Assembly: GCF_009914755.1 (NCBI RefSeq)
Contig: NC_060927.1
Reading direction: 5' to 3' (one strand)
Length of the DNA stretch: 64,000 nt
Origin: the human T2T-CHM13v2.0 reference genome, Homo sapiens
Within the stretch, counting starts at the first letter, position 1; every line of letters starts with the position of its first letter. This document shows, one piece after another, positions 46,495-60,322 of this stretch. The position numbers and the translations under genes are program-made. The notes beneath the pieces were generated by a model. That model searched no databases, was not told the origin of the DNA, and saw nothing but the letters and a program-made list of their open reading frames with translations.

Positions 46495-46949
46495 CTTTGT
46501 GCTTTTATCTACTTTTGGTCTTTGATGATGATGATGTACAGATGGGTTTTTGGTGTGGATGTCCTTTCTGTTTGTTAGTTTTCCTTCTAACAGACAGGAC
46601 CCTCAGCTGCAGGTCTGTTGGAATACCCTGCCGTGTGAGGTGTCAGTGTGCCCCTGCTGGGGGGTGCCTCCCAGTTAGGCTGCTCGGGGGTCAGGGGTCA
46701 GGGACCCACTTGAGGAGGCAGTCTGCCGGTTCTCAGATCTCCAGCTGTGTGCTGGGAGAACCACTGCTCTCTTCAAAGCTGTCAGACAGGGACATTTAAG
46801 TCTGCAGAGGTTACTGCTGTCTTTTTGTTTGTCTGTGCCCTGCCCCCAGAGGTGGAGCCTATAGTGGCAGGCAGGCCTCCTTGAGCTGTGGTGGACTCCA
46901 CCCAGTTCGAGCTTCCGGGCTGCTTTGTTTACCTAAGCAAGCCTGGGCA

Positions 46950-47165
46950 ATGGCAGGCGCCCCTCCCCCAGCCTCGCTGCCGCCTTGCAGTTTGATCTCA
47001 GACTGCTGTGCTAGCAATCAGCGAGATTCCGTGGGCGTAGGACCCTCCGAGCCAGGTGTGGGATATAGTCTCGTGGTGCGCCGTTTTTTAAGCCGGTCTG
47101 AAAAGCGCAATATTCGGGTGGGAGTGACCCGATTTTCCAGGTGCGTCCGTCACCCCTTTCTTTGA
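46950..47165 (+). CDS. L1 antisense ORF0 (71 aa), intact
   Basis: GCAATGG start; [71 protein letters not shown]; donors after 47055 and 47140. Confidence 0.85.
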
Positions 47166-47398
47166 CTTGGAAAGGGAACTCCCTGACCCCTTGCGCTTCC
47201 CAGGTGAGGCAATGCCTCGCCCTGCTTCGGCTCGCGCACGGTGCGTGCACCCACTGGCCTGCGCCCACTGTCTGGGACTCCCTAGTGAGATGAACCCGGT
47301 ACCTCAGATGGAAATGCGGAAATCACCCATCTTCTGCGTTGCTCACGCTGGGAGCTGTAGACTGGAGCTGTTCCTATTCGGCCAACTTGGCTCCTCCT

Positions 47399-47400
<2 letters not shown>

Positions 47401-47434
<34 letters not shown>

Positions 47435-47719
47435 AGACAGAGTCTTGCTCTGTCCTGTCACCCAGGCTAGAGTGCAGTGGCACAATCTTGGGTCACTGCA
47501 ACCTCCGCCTCCCTGGTTCAAGCAATTCTCCCAGCCTCGGCCTCCTGAGTACCTGGGATTACAGGTGCCCGCCACCGCGCCCAGCTAATTTTTGTATTTT
47601 TAGTAGAGACGGGGTTTCACCATTTTGGCCAGTGTGGTCTCGAACTCCTGACTTTGTGGTCCACCTGCCTCGGCCCCCTAAAGTGCTGGGATTACAGATG
47701 TGAGCCACCACACCTGGCC
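47401..47719 (-). mobile_element. AluS element whose A tail hosts the full-length L1
   Basis: T run abuts the L1 5' end; head flank CATGTGCTTTT resembles CACGTGCTCTTT at the far L1 end. Confidence 0.93.
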
Positions 47720-48677
47720 CATGTGCTTTTCTTACAGAAAGTAAGGAACAGCAGGAGACAAAACTAATAATCTTACACATTATTAGATATTGGGGAAAGG
47801 TGTTGGTTCTACAAAGGTTTGTCTTATAATTATTTTGTAGCTCAAAAGTAAGTTATCTTTGATGATCCTAATGGCTCACAGTGTAGTGATGTGACTAAAA
47901 TTACATTTTAGTTAAAATTACTAGCTAAATATGTTTATGATTGGCATTTATTTTGCCAAATTATGAAGTTCGAATAACATGGAATGAATTCACTGTAAGG
48001 TATCTTTTTGAATGACTACACAACACTGAAATGAAGAAAAAGATATATCATCAAAGGCCACAATTAATAGCACAGATAAATACATGGGTATGGGATATTT
48101 GAGTTCAGTACAATCTAGTTGCTGTGTGGGGTACAGCTACTGGCTTTAAGAGCAATGCAGCTGCTTTCTGTTACAGATTTGAAAGTGATTGAGGAATTTT
48201 GGTTCACTATTGTACATTTTTATCACCATGAACTGGGATGCTTTTCATATTTAGGATTGTGTTCTTATATCAAATTTTTCAAATCCTATGATACATTTTT
48301 TTTTACATTTTAATTCTGATATCAAGGTATACCTGGCAGTCGATGTATATATTTAAGGCAGTAAAAGCTTTTTTTTTTTCATTGTTAAGATGTTGCATTT
48401 TTGCATTTTATACTCAATGCTATCCCATAATCTCAAACAGGTCACAAACTGGCAGTCTTTGGCTTGAATCTGATATAGAAGCATTTTTGTTTAACCTGTA
48501 GTGTTTTTTGTTAAATTTTGAATTAGTTGTCAATATTTTTCAAAATTGAAAGATTTCATTTGAGAATCCAGATTTCTTAGTAAGTCAGTAGAATTTGAGC
48601 CCCTAGCTTGCATTCTTATATGGCAGCAATTGACCAGAGTGGTGTTGTGGTTGCTCCTTTTAGAAAGGGCATTTATT

Positions 48678-48985
<308 letters not shown>

Positions 48986-49089
48986 GAAAGGGCATTTGTT
49001 CTCCAGGTTTGAACAGTTTTGAACAGTCCTCATCAACATGATTCATCGATTTATATTGACTTATCGGCTCCTGTAGGCACTTGATTTTG

Positions 49090-49600
49090 CATATTAGTCT
49101 GGTCTTGGCTAAGCCACAGCAGTAAAAACACAAATACAGTAGCTCAAACAAGAAAAAGTTTACTTCTGTCTGTCATGCCAGTCTGGAAGTAGGCAGGCCA
49201 TCCAGATGAGGCAGGAAGCTCTGCTCCATGGGAATGTCTGGGAGCCGGCTTTCTTTGATTTTTTGCTCTAACATCAACCTCCTCTGGTGTTTTTCTTAGT
49301 CTATTTGGTCAAAGTTGGTTCACCAGTGCCCTATTCACATGTCAGGCCACAGGAAGAAGAAAAGAGAGAAAGTGGTAGACAAATAGTTAACCTTTATGTA
49401 AATGGCGCAGAACTTGCATACATTCCGTTGCTTAAAACATTGTCATGTGGCCACAACTAAATATAAAGGAGGCAGGAAAATGTAGTCTTGAGCAGTGGCC
49501 ATGTCTGTGTCTTGTTAAAACTTGGTTGGCAGAGAGGAAGGTCGTATCATTTAAAAGATGAGGAGTACATATACCAATGTCATTTAGCATACTCTGCCAC
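49090..49600. mobile_element. Old MLT1-type MaLR LTR
   Basis: AGTAGCTCAAACAAGAAAAAGTTTACTTCT..GTCATGTGGCCACAACTAA..AGGAGGCAGGAAAATGTAGTCTT..CTCTGCCACA. Confidence 0.55.
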
Positions 49601-52600
49601 AGTTTACATCCACTGATCTAGGGAATACTGTATTTGTGATCAAATAACACAGTGGTGATCAAATCTAGAATCAGTAATATGTTTATAGAGTTTATGAGTG
49701 AGAAATCTGAGTCTCAGAAGTTTGCTGTCAACACTCAGCAGAACAGTAGTATAGTGGCAAACTTTGGTCCTTCTCTCTTCTTCATTCTACTACATTATTA
49801 CAATTTCTTAAGAGTTGGTACTTCATACTAGTAGAGTTCTTTGAATGAGCAAATGATAGAAGAAACTAACCTGCACTGGCACTTACAGCCCGGAAGTTAT
49901 TCTCAGCTTAAATTAGGTGCTCTTCAACGATCTGAATCAGACTAGCAAACACGCAGCATGCTTGCTGCCTTGCTCCTCTTCCATAACTATGTACTTTTGG
50001 TGACATCCTTCTTTCCTGCTAACCTGAGATCTCAGAATTCTTCTTAAGGTAGTGCTTCAAGCTGTAAGCAATCTCCTTTCAGTGGAAGGGAGTTGCATAA
50101 AAATAAAAGTTACATGTCATCCCAGAAATGGGTAATTATCTGAATATTTCTGCACCCTCTCCCTTTTTTTAAATCCATTCTTTTGGGCATGGGGGTGAGA
50201 GCGTGTGTAGTTACAGTAAGAATTCCAATGTTACCCTTATTTTTCCCATGATATTTTCTACTCTCTCCTAATCCCTACCACCTGCAATCCCTCAGTTTCC
50301 CCTGCATTTCTGGCAAAATTCTAGTTTTTCCACTACTCTGCTATCTTTGAAAGATGTCAACCACCTTAAGTATTTCTGTCTTGTGTCTTATTGCTTCATG
50401 AACAAAAAATGGTGCGAAGTGTAGAATAACAAGTTTACCTTCAGTAGAGGAGTTATAAATCTGGAAGGAATGTTAATGTCAGTGTATCATTGGCCTTCAA
50501 TGATTTTCTCCCTTATAGGCTTTTATATATGCTTTTCCCTTTGCCTAGAACTTGCCCCCCACACACACCACCTGCCTACACTCTTTCCTCTAATATAGTT
50601 TTCCTAGCACCCAGGTTTCTGTATACTTCTTATTTAATGTTTTTTTTTTTCTATAAAACTGTAAATGAAGTGGAAGCAATGCTGTGTCTCATTGCCCTTT
50701 GCTCTTTTTCTAATACCTACCAAAGTTTCTGGCCCTTAAATACTACAGAATCAGCAAATGAATGATTGAGGGGGAAGATAGCAGGGAAGAGAGGAAACAA
50801 AAGAAAGAAGAACCCAATCTTTTGGAAGCCCTCCTTGTTTCCTTCCCTTGATTCCGGGAAACATGAGCTCTAGGGCATCAATAGCTAATAGCATACATTT
50901 CTTTAGCATTTTACAAACTCTGTGTTCTCTTTTCTCTTTTCAATCCCCAGTTACTTCTTTGCTAAACTCAGTTTGCCTGAGGTATATTTATACAATCAAT
51001 GGGTATCATACATTTGCAGTTTACATTATTTTATTGGAAATAATCAAGAGAAGTTTTGAGAATTGGCATAGGGTCACCAACTTTTTTTGTCAAAGAAAGA
51101 TGGTCTTAGACCAGAGAGGTCTGGCTTCCTTGCCCGTCGCTTTAGCCTATAATTTTAAAACTTTAGTGTGGGGTCTACCTTCTGCAGATATGCCTCAGAG
51201 GCTGAGGATCACAGAGGGTCACATTCCCTCTTCAGTCAAAAGTACTCTAATCGTAGGTCTCCTTTATCAGATTATTAACTCAGCCTGTTTCCCCAGGTCT
51301 TCTTTGATCCTTCCTTCCAGGATATCCAGGTCATCCAGAGGTATCATCTCCCATAATCTTAAAACCAAACTTCTTATCGACTATGAAAATAGCCCCCACA
51401 ATTACTAAGAAGATCATTTCACTTTATAGAAGTCATTTTTTTTTTGCTTTGGATACCCTCATAATGGAATTTTTGTATTGTAATATTTGATTATTATTAT
51501 AATCTAGAAAGGGAAAGTGATAGAGAACAGTTGCATCATCTCAGAAAGGGGCCCACATTCACCGTGTCTGCTCTTCCTAACAAACTGTTCTCAAGATGTT
51601 CTCATCAAGGAGCTTCTTGTGCTATATCTTTGTTAAAGAGATGGAGCCTGAGTTCTGAGGTATTCTGATTATCTGAAGAGATTACTTAATGACACAATGC
51701 TATCTCAAAGAACAGAAGTAGGGAGATTCAAGACAATTCTATTCCTTACAGAGGTACAAATTTCTATGCTAGGAAAACAATACGAAAGATACACATGGCC
51801 CATAAACATAACCATTCCCATTCACAAAATTTGTAAGTGAAACCAACCAGCAACCTCATGTGAGAATGTTCTTCTATATTGATTCACTGAGAGAAATGAG
51901 GACCTTAATTTTCTTAAGAAATCACCCACCTTCAGAAGAGTCTGAACTCTGTATTGGGGGTGAATTGGAATTGGTCTCAAAGCTTCCCTTTCTCTACCTT
52001 CTTAGCTTTTCAAGAGCAATTGTTATCTTACTTTGTTGTCCTTCATAAGGAAATCTGAAGATTAGGAATCCAAAATATTTGAGCATAATTACATAATAGA
52101 TATGTTTATGCTCTGTACTGATGTTTGCCTGAGAAGGAGCAATAAGTGAGGTTAGTGGTTTCCAACTCTAAGGACTACTTTGTGTGTGCCAATTACAGGG
52201 CTCTGTGCAGAAACACCTCACATGTACACACACTTCAAAAGCCACTATGATTTATTTTTACTTGTGCATTTATACATCCACAAAACATTTCTTTGAGTAG
52301 AGCATTTCAGGTCTAAAAGAAAAGTAAGAAAACCACTCAGGCTAGAGTTTGAGAGCATAAGGAGGCGGGAAAGGAACTGGAGAGTAGAAGCTACAGGGTA
52401 TACTGCTGCAGGGCATGGCTAGGGAGAAGAAGCCAGAGTTATAAAGAAGTGTAGAGCCTTCACAAAATCTGAGGTTCATAAAAATAGAGACATTTTAGGG
52501 ATGAGGATAGAGGACTTGGAACATGGGCACAATGGACTGAAGCCAGAAAGCGATGACCCAGAGTCTGTGCTCCTAGATCAGAAAAGCCAGGAGAAGTCTC

Positions 52601-54733
52601 CAAATTATATGTACCTGGGAAAGAACACAAGCTGAGATTGGCTATCCTGTAGATGAGCAGGTGCAAGCTGGAACTGGGATTAAACAAGAGGGGATTTTCT
52701 TTGTCCACCTACCCAATGTACAAGCTGAGAGAAACTGTTCAGGACTTGAGCTAAGAATAGAAGTTCCGAGGAAATAGGAAGTGAGAGAAACTTAATATAT
52801 TTACAATTTAACTTCATTTTTTTTAATTCAACAGATCTTCATTGAGCTTATGCTATGTGACAGATACTTTTCTAGGCAGTAGACATTCCAAGGAAACAAG
52901 GTCCTTGTTCTCATGGAACTCATGTTCTAATGGGAAGAGATAGACAATAAATAACCAAGTAAATAATTTAAGGAAATGAGACAAATTGTGAGTGTTATAA
53001 AGAAAATAAATCAAGGTGATAGAATAATAAGTGACTGGGGTAAGGCATGGGTGATTCAATTTGGCTTGCTGAAACCATCTCTGGCTGTTGTTTGTAGAAT
53101 GTGTTTTAATGGAAGCAGAAAGATCAGAGAAGGCCACATGGTAATTCATGTGAAAGATAACGATGGACTCAGATGGCAGCAAGTCAGATAGAGAAATCTG
53201 AGCAGACCTAAGATAATCTTGTGTAGGTGGCTCTATCATTATAGGGAAACAGTTTGTGTACTTTAAACTGCTCGGCCAATATGTGCCTCAGTGATACGTG
53301 GCGGAGCTTGTCTCACTGCATAACACAGCTATGACATGATAAGACAGGCCCTGCAAGGGAAACTGCTGACCTCACTTTGTCCTTTCTGGGTACCAAGTGA
53401 CTAATAGTCAGAAGGTTTCACTCAGTTCAGTAATCTGTGTTTAAGAAAACAAAAGGGGGCTTTTAAACATGAGATTTAGTGAATATGACAGAGAATTTTT
53501 GAGATCAACTGAACTCAGTTTGTAAAAAGAGCTAGATTCAGCCCCCCAAGCATGGAATAAACCTTGGAAGTTATGCAAGAAGTTGTACAAATCTTCAGGT
53601 TCTTATTGATAACCTGATGAAAGCCCCAAACAGTCCCTATGCTGGTCCAAGTTTGGGTCCTCTTAGGTCCCACGTTCCTCCTGCTCTAGCGTCCTGCTCC
53701 ACTGGGGGCTATTTTTTATTTCCAGTGCCCAGAAATGGCTGTGTGACTATATGTTTGCAGTCTGTTGGAGGGAAGCAGGTCTCTCTGCTAACAACTGCAC
53801 ACTAGCTGACATGCTGCTTAAATTGAGAAATGTTTCTAAGCTTTTTTGGTAGGAAATAATCTTTCCTGCTTAGTCTCCCTCTGTGTTCCCCCAGCAAACT
53901 TCTTGTGTAGCATTATTAAATATTCCCCAACATCAGTGGCCAAGAATGACACAATTCTGTGACTCCTCAGTCACTTCATGCTCCACATTAAGTGGAGTTT
54001 CTTCCTAGAATGGGGAAGGCAGAACATTGGTAAGAGCTAGGTGTCTCAGAATCTTTGGAAATAAAATCCCTGATCCATAGGTAGTTGGCTCGCTAGGTTA
54101 CCCAGATATCAATCTGACAGGACAGTTTTCTGTTCCTCCCTGGGTCTTGATTGTCATTCATTAGGAATGAAATTAAAGTTTGAAGGACAGTAGTCAAATG
54201 GCATTCATTTGCTCTCTTCCTCTTTGGCAAATCTAACAAACATCAGGCTTTTTCCAGGCAGGAAGAGCCTCATTTCTAAAGAGCCAATTTATAAATATCA
54301 TTACCTGATTCTGCAAAATGAAGATAGTCCTAACTAGAGTAACTATCCATGGTGTTGGGTGTTAGTAAATATCATCTCATTGGTAGTGTGTGATTTTAAA
54401 ACCCACAAAACTGCTATTATATGGATTTTATCTAACTGTTTAAAACCGATGATCACCTTTGAAACTACTGTTACGAGTACTAGGACTTACAATTTTTTTT
54501 TTAAGAAAAGCTACATAAATGTTTTGGTGGATTCTTCTTCACGTAAACAATCATTGATTTGCTATCTCAGAGCTTCAAGAAATCTACCTTATGACTGTCA
54601 AAAATGAGAGCTGACTCTGGCCTCTGTTGTAATAACTAATTGCTCTCTCAGTCACACACACACAAAATTAAATTTGGGTTTAAAAAGTATCCTGGCCAAT
54701 CTACTTTTTAAGTGTTAAAATACATGTTGATTT

Positions 54734-55007
54734 GCCTGACGTGGTGGCTCATGCTTGTATTCCCAGCACTTTGGGACTCAGAGGTGGTGGATCACCTGGG
54801 GTCAGGAGTTCAAGACCAGCCTGACCAACGTAGTGAAACCCCGTCTCTACTAAATACAAAAAATTAGCCGGGCATGGTGGCACATGCCTATAATCCCAGC
54901 TAAGGCAGGAGAATCACTTGAACCCAGGACGCGGAGGTTGCAGTGAGCCGAGATTGCACCATTGCACTCCACCCTGGGCAACAAGAGCAAACCCCGTCTA
55001 AAAAAAA

Positions 55008-55025
<18 letters not shown>
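54734..55025 (+). mobile_element. AluS element with small internal deletions
   Basis: Dimer with a long A tail that turns into (TA)n. Confidence 0.9.

Positions 55026-55068
<43 letters not shown>
55025..55068. repeat. (AT)n microsatellite
   Basis: About 22 uninterrupted AT units after the Alu poly(A). Confidence 0.95.
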
Positions 55069-55072
<4 letters not shown>

Positions 55073-55587
55073 AAAGTTTCTTCCCAAATCATGACAATTA
55101 TCATCATTTCACATTTTCCATATCTGGAAGTATCATAATAAAGAAAATTAAAACCTTAAGGTAGAATCACATCTCGTACAATGGATTTAGCACGGCAGTA
55201 ACCTTAAGTTCTGACACCAGATAAATTTGGAAGTCAGGAAAGATAGTCATGATACTAAGACATATGTTTTAATCAGTTACATTGGAGTAGTTACCAGGTA
55301 ATGGAATTCATTAAAAGAAGTGGTATATTCCATGTAGCTATATTAAATACTCGAGCATCCCAGAAGCTAGTGATACTATATGCTTCCAGTTTTCTGAGAA
55401 ACTTGACCAGTTTAGCAGACTAGAAGCATCATCCAAAGTTCTTGTGCTTGCCTTATATCAAAGTTCTATAGTCTTTAAATACATCGGTAAGGATAAAGAG
55501 ACTGGAGCAGAATCAGTTTGCTGAGTCAACAAAGTGCCCAAGATGATTACTGTTATTGTTTTCTCACCTCATCAACAAAAAGCATCC

Positions 55588-55778
55588 CATATATATATAT
55601 GTATATACACCATATATATGTATATATACACACCATATATATACACACACCATATATATATATATATACACCATACATATATAGTGTGTGTATATATATG
55701 GTGTGTATATATACATATATATGGTGTATATATATATGTGTATATATATGGTGTGTATATATATATGGTATATATATA
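55588..55778. repeat. TA/CA-rich simple repeat with internal inverted symmetry
   Basis: CACCATATAT units on the left, ATATATGGTG units on the right; perfect 49-bp arms at 55602-55650 and 55684-55732. Confidence 0.9.
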
Positions 55779-55790
55779 TTTTCCAATATC

Positions 55791-55846
55791 AATTTTCCAA
55801 TATCAATCTACTGAGATATATCTCAGTAGATTGATATTGGAAAATT
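55791..55846. repeat. Perfect 56-bp palindrome (no spacer)
   Basis: AATTTTCCAATATCAATCTACTGAGATA|TATCTCAGTAGATTGATATTGGAAAATT. Confidence 0.97.
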
Positions 55847-56117
55847 CGAACTACCATTTTGTTTATAGTCAGTAGTAATACCCTGCTAAAGGTCGATTGA
55901 TTTATATGCTTTGGGAATACAGTTAATTCAAAACACTGCATGCTTGTACTTTGGAATAGTTGGTCCCATGAGGTATGAACTCAGACATACTCGTTTACTT
56001 CAAAGTGAAACAAAAATTCTGATTACCTTAAATAGAAAAAAATTGAGTTGCTGAGAATATACGTAAAATTGTCTTTTCATTTCTGTTACTTTAGTGATTA
56101 GAGTTTTTTAAAAATAT

Positions 56118-58420
56118 AATTTCAAGTTTTATTTTAGATTCAGGGGGTACATGTGTAGTTTTGTTACATGGATATATTGCATGGTACTGAGGTTTAGAAT
56201 ATGAATGACCCCATCACTGAGGTAGTGAGCATAGTACCCAATAGTTAGTGTTTCAACCCTTGCTCCACTCTCTCCCTCCACCCTCTATTAATCCTCAGCA
56301 TCTATTATTGCCATCTCTATGTCCTTAAATGCCCAACATTTAGCTCCTACTTATAAATGAGAACATGTGGTATTTGGTTTTCTCTTCCTGCATTAATTCA
56401 CTTAGGATAATGACCTCCAGCTGCATCCATGTTGCTGCAAAGGACATGATTTCATTCTTTTTTATGGCTGCATAGTATTCCAGGGTGTATATGTACCACA
56501 TTTTCTTTATCCAGTCTACCATTGATGATTCTCTAGGTTGATTCTACGTTTTTGCTATTGTGAGTAGTGCTGTGATTAACAAATGAGTGCATATGTCTTT
56601 GGTAGAATGACTTATTTTCTTTTGGGTATATATCCAATAATGAGATTTCTGGGTCAAATGGTAGTTCTATTTTAAGTTCTTTGAGAAATCTCCAAACTGC
56701 TTTCTGTAGAGGCTAAACTAGTTTGCATTTTCACCACAGTGTATAAGTGTTCCCTTTTCTCTGTAGCCTCACCAGCATCTGTTCATTTTTGACTTTTGAT
56801 AATAGCCATTCCAACTGATGTGAGATGGTATTTCATCGTGGTTTAGATTTATATATCTCTGATGATTAGCTATGTTTAATGTTGTCTCGTACATTTGTTG
56901 ACCACTTGTATGTTTTCTTTTGAGAAGTGTCTGTTCCTGTCTTTTCCTACTTTTTAATGGGGCTATTTGTTTTTTGCTTGTTGAATTGTTTAAGTTTCTT
57001 GTAGATTCTGGATATTAGACTTTTCTTGGATGCCTAGTTTGGGAATGTTTTCTCCCATTCTGTAGGTTGTCTGTTTACTATGTTCATAGTTTCTTTTGCT
57101 GTGGCAGAAGCTATTTAATTTAATTAGGTCCCACTTGTCAATATTTGTTTTTGTTGCAATTCCTTTTGAGGACTTAGTGATAAACTCTTTCCCAAGGCTG
57201 GCATCCAGAAAGGTATTTCCTATTTTGTTCTAGGACACTTAGAGTTTGAAGTCTTACATTTAAATCTTTAATCCATCTTGAGGTAATTTTTGTGTATGAT
57301 GAAAGTTAGGGGTCCCATTTTATTCTTCTGCATATGACTAGCCAGTTACCCTAGCACCATTTTTGAATAGGGAGTCCTTTCCCTGTTGCTTATTTTTGTC
57401 AACTTTGTCACAGATCAGATGGCTGTAGGTGTGCTGCTTTACTTCTGTGTTCTCTATCCTGTTCCATGGTCTGTGTGTCTATTTGTGTACCCAGACCATG
57501 CTGTTTTGACTACTGCAGCATTATAGTATAATTTGAAGTCAGGTAATGTGATGCCTCCAGTCTTGTTCTTGTTGCTTAGGATTACTTTGGCCATTTGGGC
57601 TCTTTTTTGGTTTTATATGAATTTTAGAATTGTTTTTTCTAATTCTGTGAAAAATGACATTGGTAGTTTGATAAAAAGAGTGTTGAATCTGTATATTACT
57701 TTGGGCAGTATGGCCATTTGATGATACTGATTCTTCCAGTCCATAAGCATGAAATATTTTTGTTTGTTTGCTTCCTCTATGATTTCTTTCAGCAATGTTT
57801 TGTAGTTCTCCTTGTAGAAATATTTCATCTCCTTAGTCAGATATACTCTTAGATATTTATGTAATGTGTATGTGTGTGTGCCTATTGCAAATGAGATTGT
57901 GTTCTTGATTTGGCTCTCAGCTTGAACATTATTGGTAAATAGATATGCCACCAATTTTTATTCATGGATTTTGTATCCTGAAATTTTTGTGAAGTTGTTT
58001 ATGAGTTCCAGGAGCCCTTTGGCAGAGTCTTCAGGATTTTCTAGGTATAGAATCATATCATTAGTGAAAAGAGAGAGTTTGACTTCTTTTCCTATTTGGA
58101 TGCCTTCTCTTTCGTTCTTTTGCCTGATTGATTGATCTAGGTAGGACTTCCAGTACTGTGTTGAATAGGAGTGGGGAGAATGGACGTCTTTGTCGTGTTT
58201 CTGTTCTCAAGGGGAATGCTTCCACATTTTGCCTATCCAGTATGATGTTGGCTGTGGGTTTGTTATGGATAGTTCTTATTATTTTGAGGTATGTTTCTGC
58301 AATGCCTAGTTTACTAAGGGTTTTTATTATGAAAGGACATTGGGTTTTATTGAGACTTTTCCCACATCTATTGAGATAGCCCAATGGTATTTGTTTTTAA
58401 TTCTGTTGATGTGGTGAAAT
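56118..58420 (-). mobile_element. 5'-truncated older primate L1 (late L1PA / L1PB-like), degenerate
   Basis: 3' UTR TTTTAGATTCAGGGGGTACATGTG..GTGAGCATAGTACCCAATAG; frameshifted ORF2 remnants ([31 protein letters not shown]). Confidence 0.9.
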
Positions 58421-59240
58421 TGATTAGGATCTTAATGCAGATTCACAGATGAAAAATTGTTCTATTGAGTAGCAAATCCATGGATAGCAATCACAGCTAG
58501 ATAGTCACAGCATTACAGAGTATCCATGAAAAGAACTGTTTACTTAGCATTTAGTAAAAGTCATAGAATACCAGTATATAAACCTCTGGACTTACAAATT
58601 GATAATAATTTTGTACATTTTTCTTAAGTTCTTGCTTGATCGAATATTTCTATTTTCCTATTAGTTTTAGGTTTGATTAATGGATCACTGTAAATTCAGA
58701 TGCACCTTTGCACTCACAGTGAATATATGGATGTTCCTTCCACTTCTAATTGTTCCATAAGGATGTAAAATATTCTTAAAACTGTGAAAATGTTAAAGCA
58801 CATTATAGCACACTTTATAGCCTTTCTTTGTATTTACCCTGCAAACAAGTCTTTGAAGCATAGAAATCTCACCTATCCATAATCACAATTGACTGCTTTA
58901 CTAAATTTTAAAATGAGGTGGAATCGTAATGTATTTTAATTGCTAATAGGTAATAATGGCTAATAAATAGCAATTGGTTCAAACCTAACAAAAGTGGGAC
59001 TCCATTTCCTAGTGTTCTTGCCACTGTGAACTTGAATGAGGCATTTATATATTCTGTAAAAGGTTAGTAATACAACTATTCTATAGTTTACTTTTGCAAA
59101 TTAAGATGTATGTGAAGATAAAATATAAATAATTTGAGTTATCAGAAGAAAACTAATATCTAAATCTATGGTATCGTATAGTGAAATTTTACAGTAACAG
59201 GAGCTATTTATGGAATTAACTAAAACCTACAGGTGTGTGT

Positions 59241-59296
59241 TGGTGGAGCTCCTGACAACACAGCTTCATAAAAAAGAAACTGCTTGACTCAAGGAG
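59241..59296 (+). repeat. 56-bp sequence duplicated at 21558-21613 (probable donor copy)
   Basis: Exact identity; here it sits in apparently continuous non-repeat sequence. Confidence 0.93.
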
Positions 59297-59405
59297 ACAG
59301 ATAAAAAGAAGTGTGATTATATTATATGAGTTTGTGGTCATTTTTCCACGAATAGTTGAGAAAATGACTATGAAAAAGAGATTTGGTAAAGAAATGTATT
59401 ATTAT

Positions 59406-59728
<323 letters not shown>

Positions 59729-59977
59729 TCAGCGAAAAAATTAGTATATGTTATTGCTTATCAAGTGTTTTGCAACTCATTCTAATCAAGGCAAAATAAC
59801 CTTATTGAAAATTGAAAATTACAGTCTCCATAACCAAGTGGTTATACATTACTTAGTACTTTCAAAGTGATACCTCATTGCTCTCCTTTAAGCTCTTATT
59901 CAAAGATATATTGACTGTCTAAGAATCTGTGCAGGTCATTTCTTTAAATACTTAGAAAAGGATTTTTATTTTACTAA

Positions 59978-60322
<345 letters not shown>

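Noticed and set aside
50848-51408. 186-aa + strand ORF in intron 8
   Set aside because: Non-ATG start, no recognisable homology, no convincing splice signals, and not needed for the continuous NEP frame
55518-55875. Tyr/Ile/His-rich ORFs on both strands
   Set aside because: Translations of the TA/CA simple repeat
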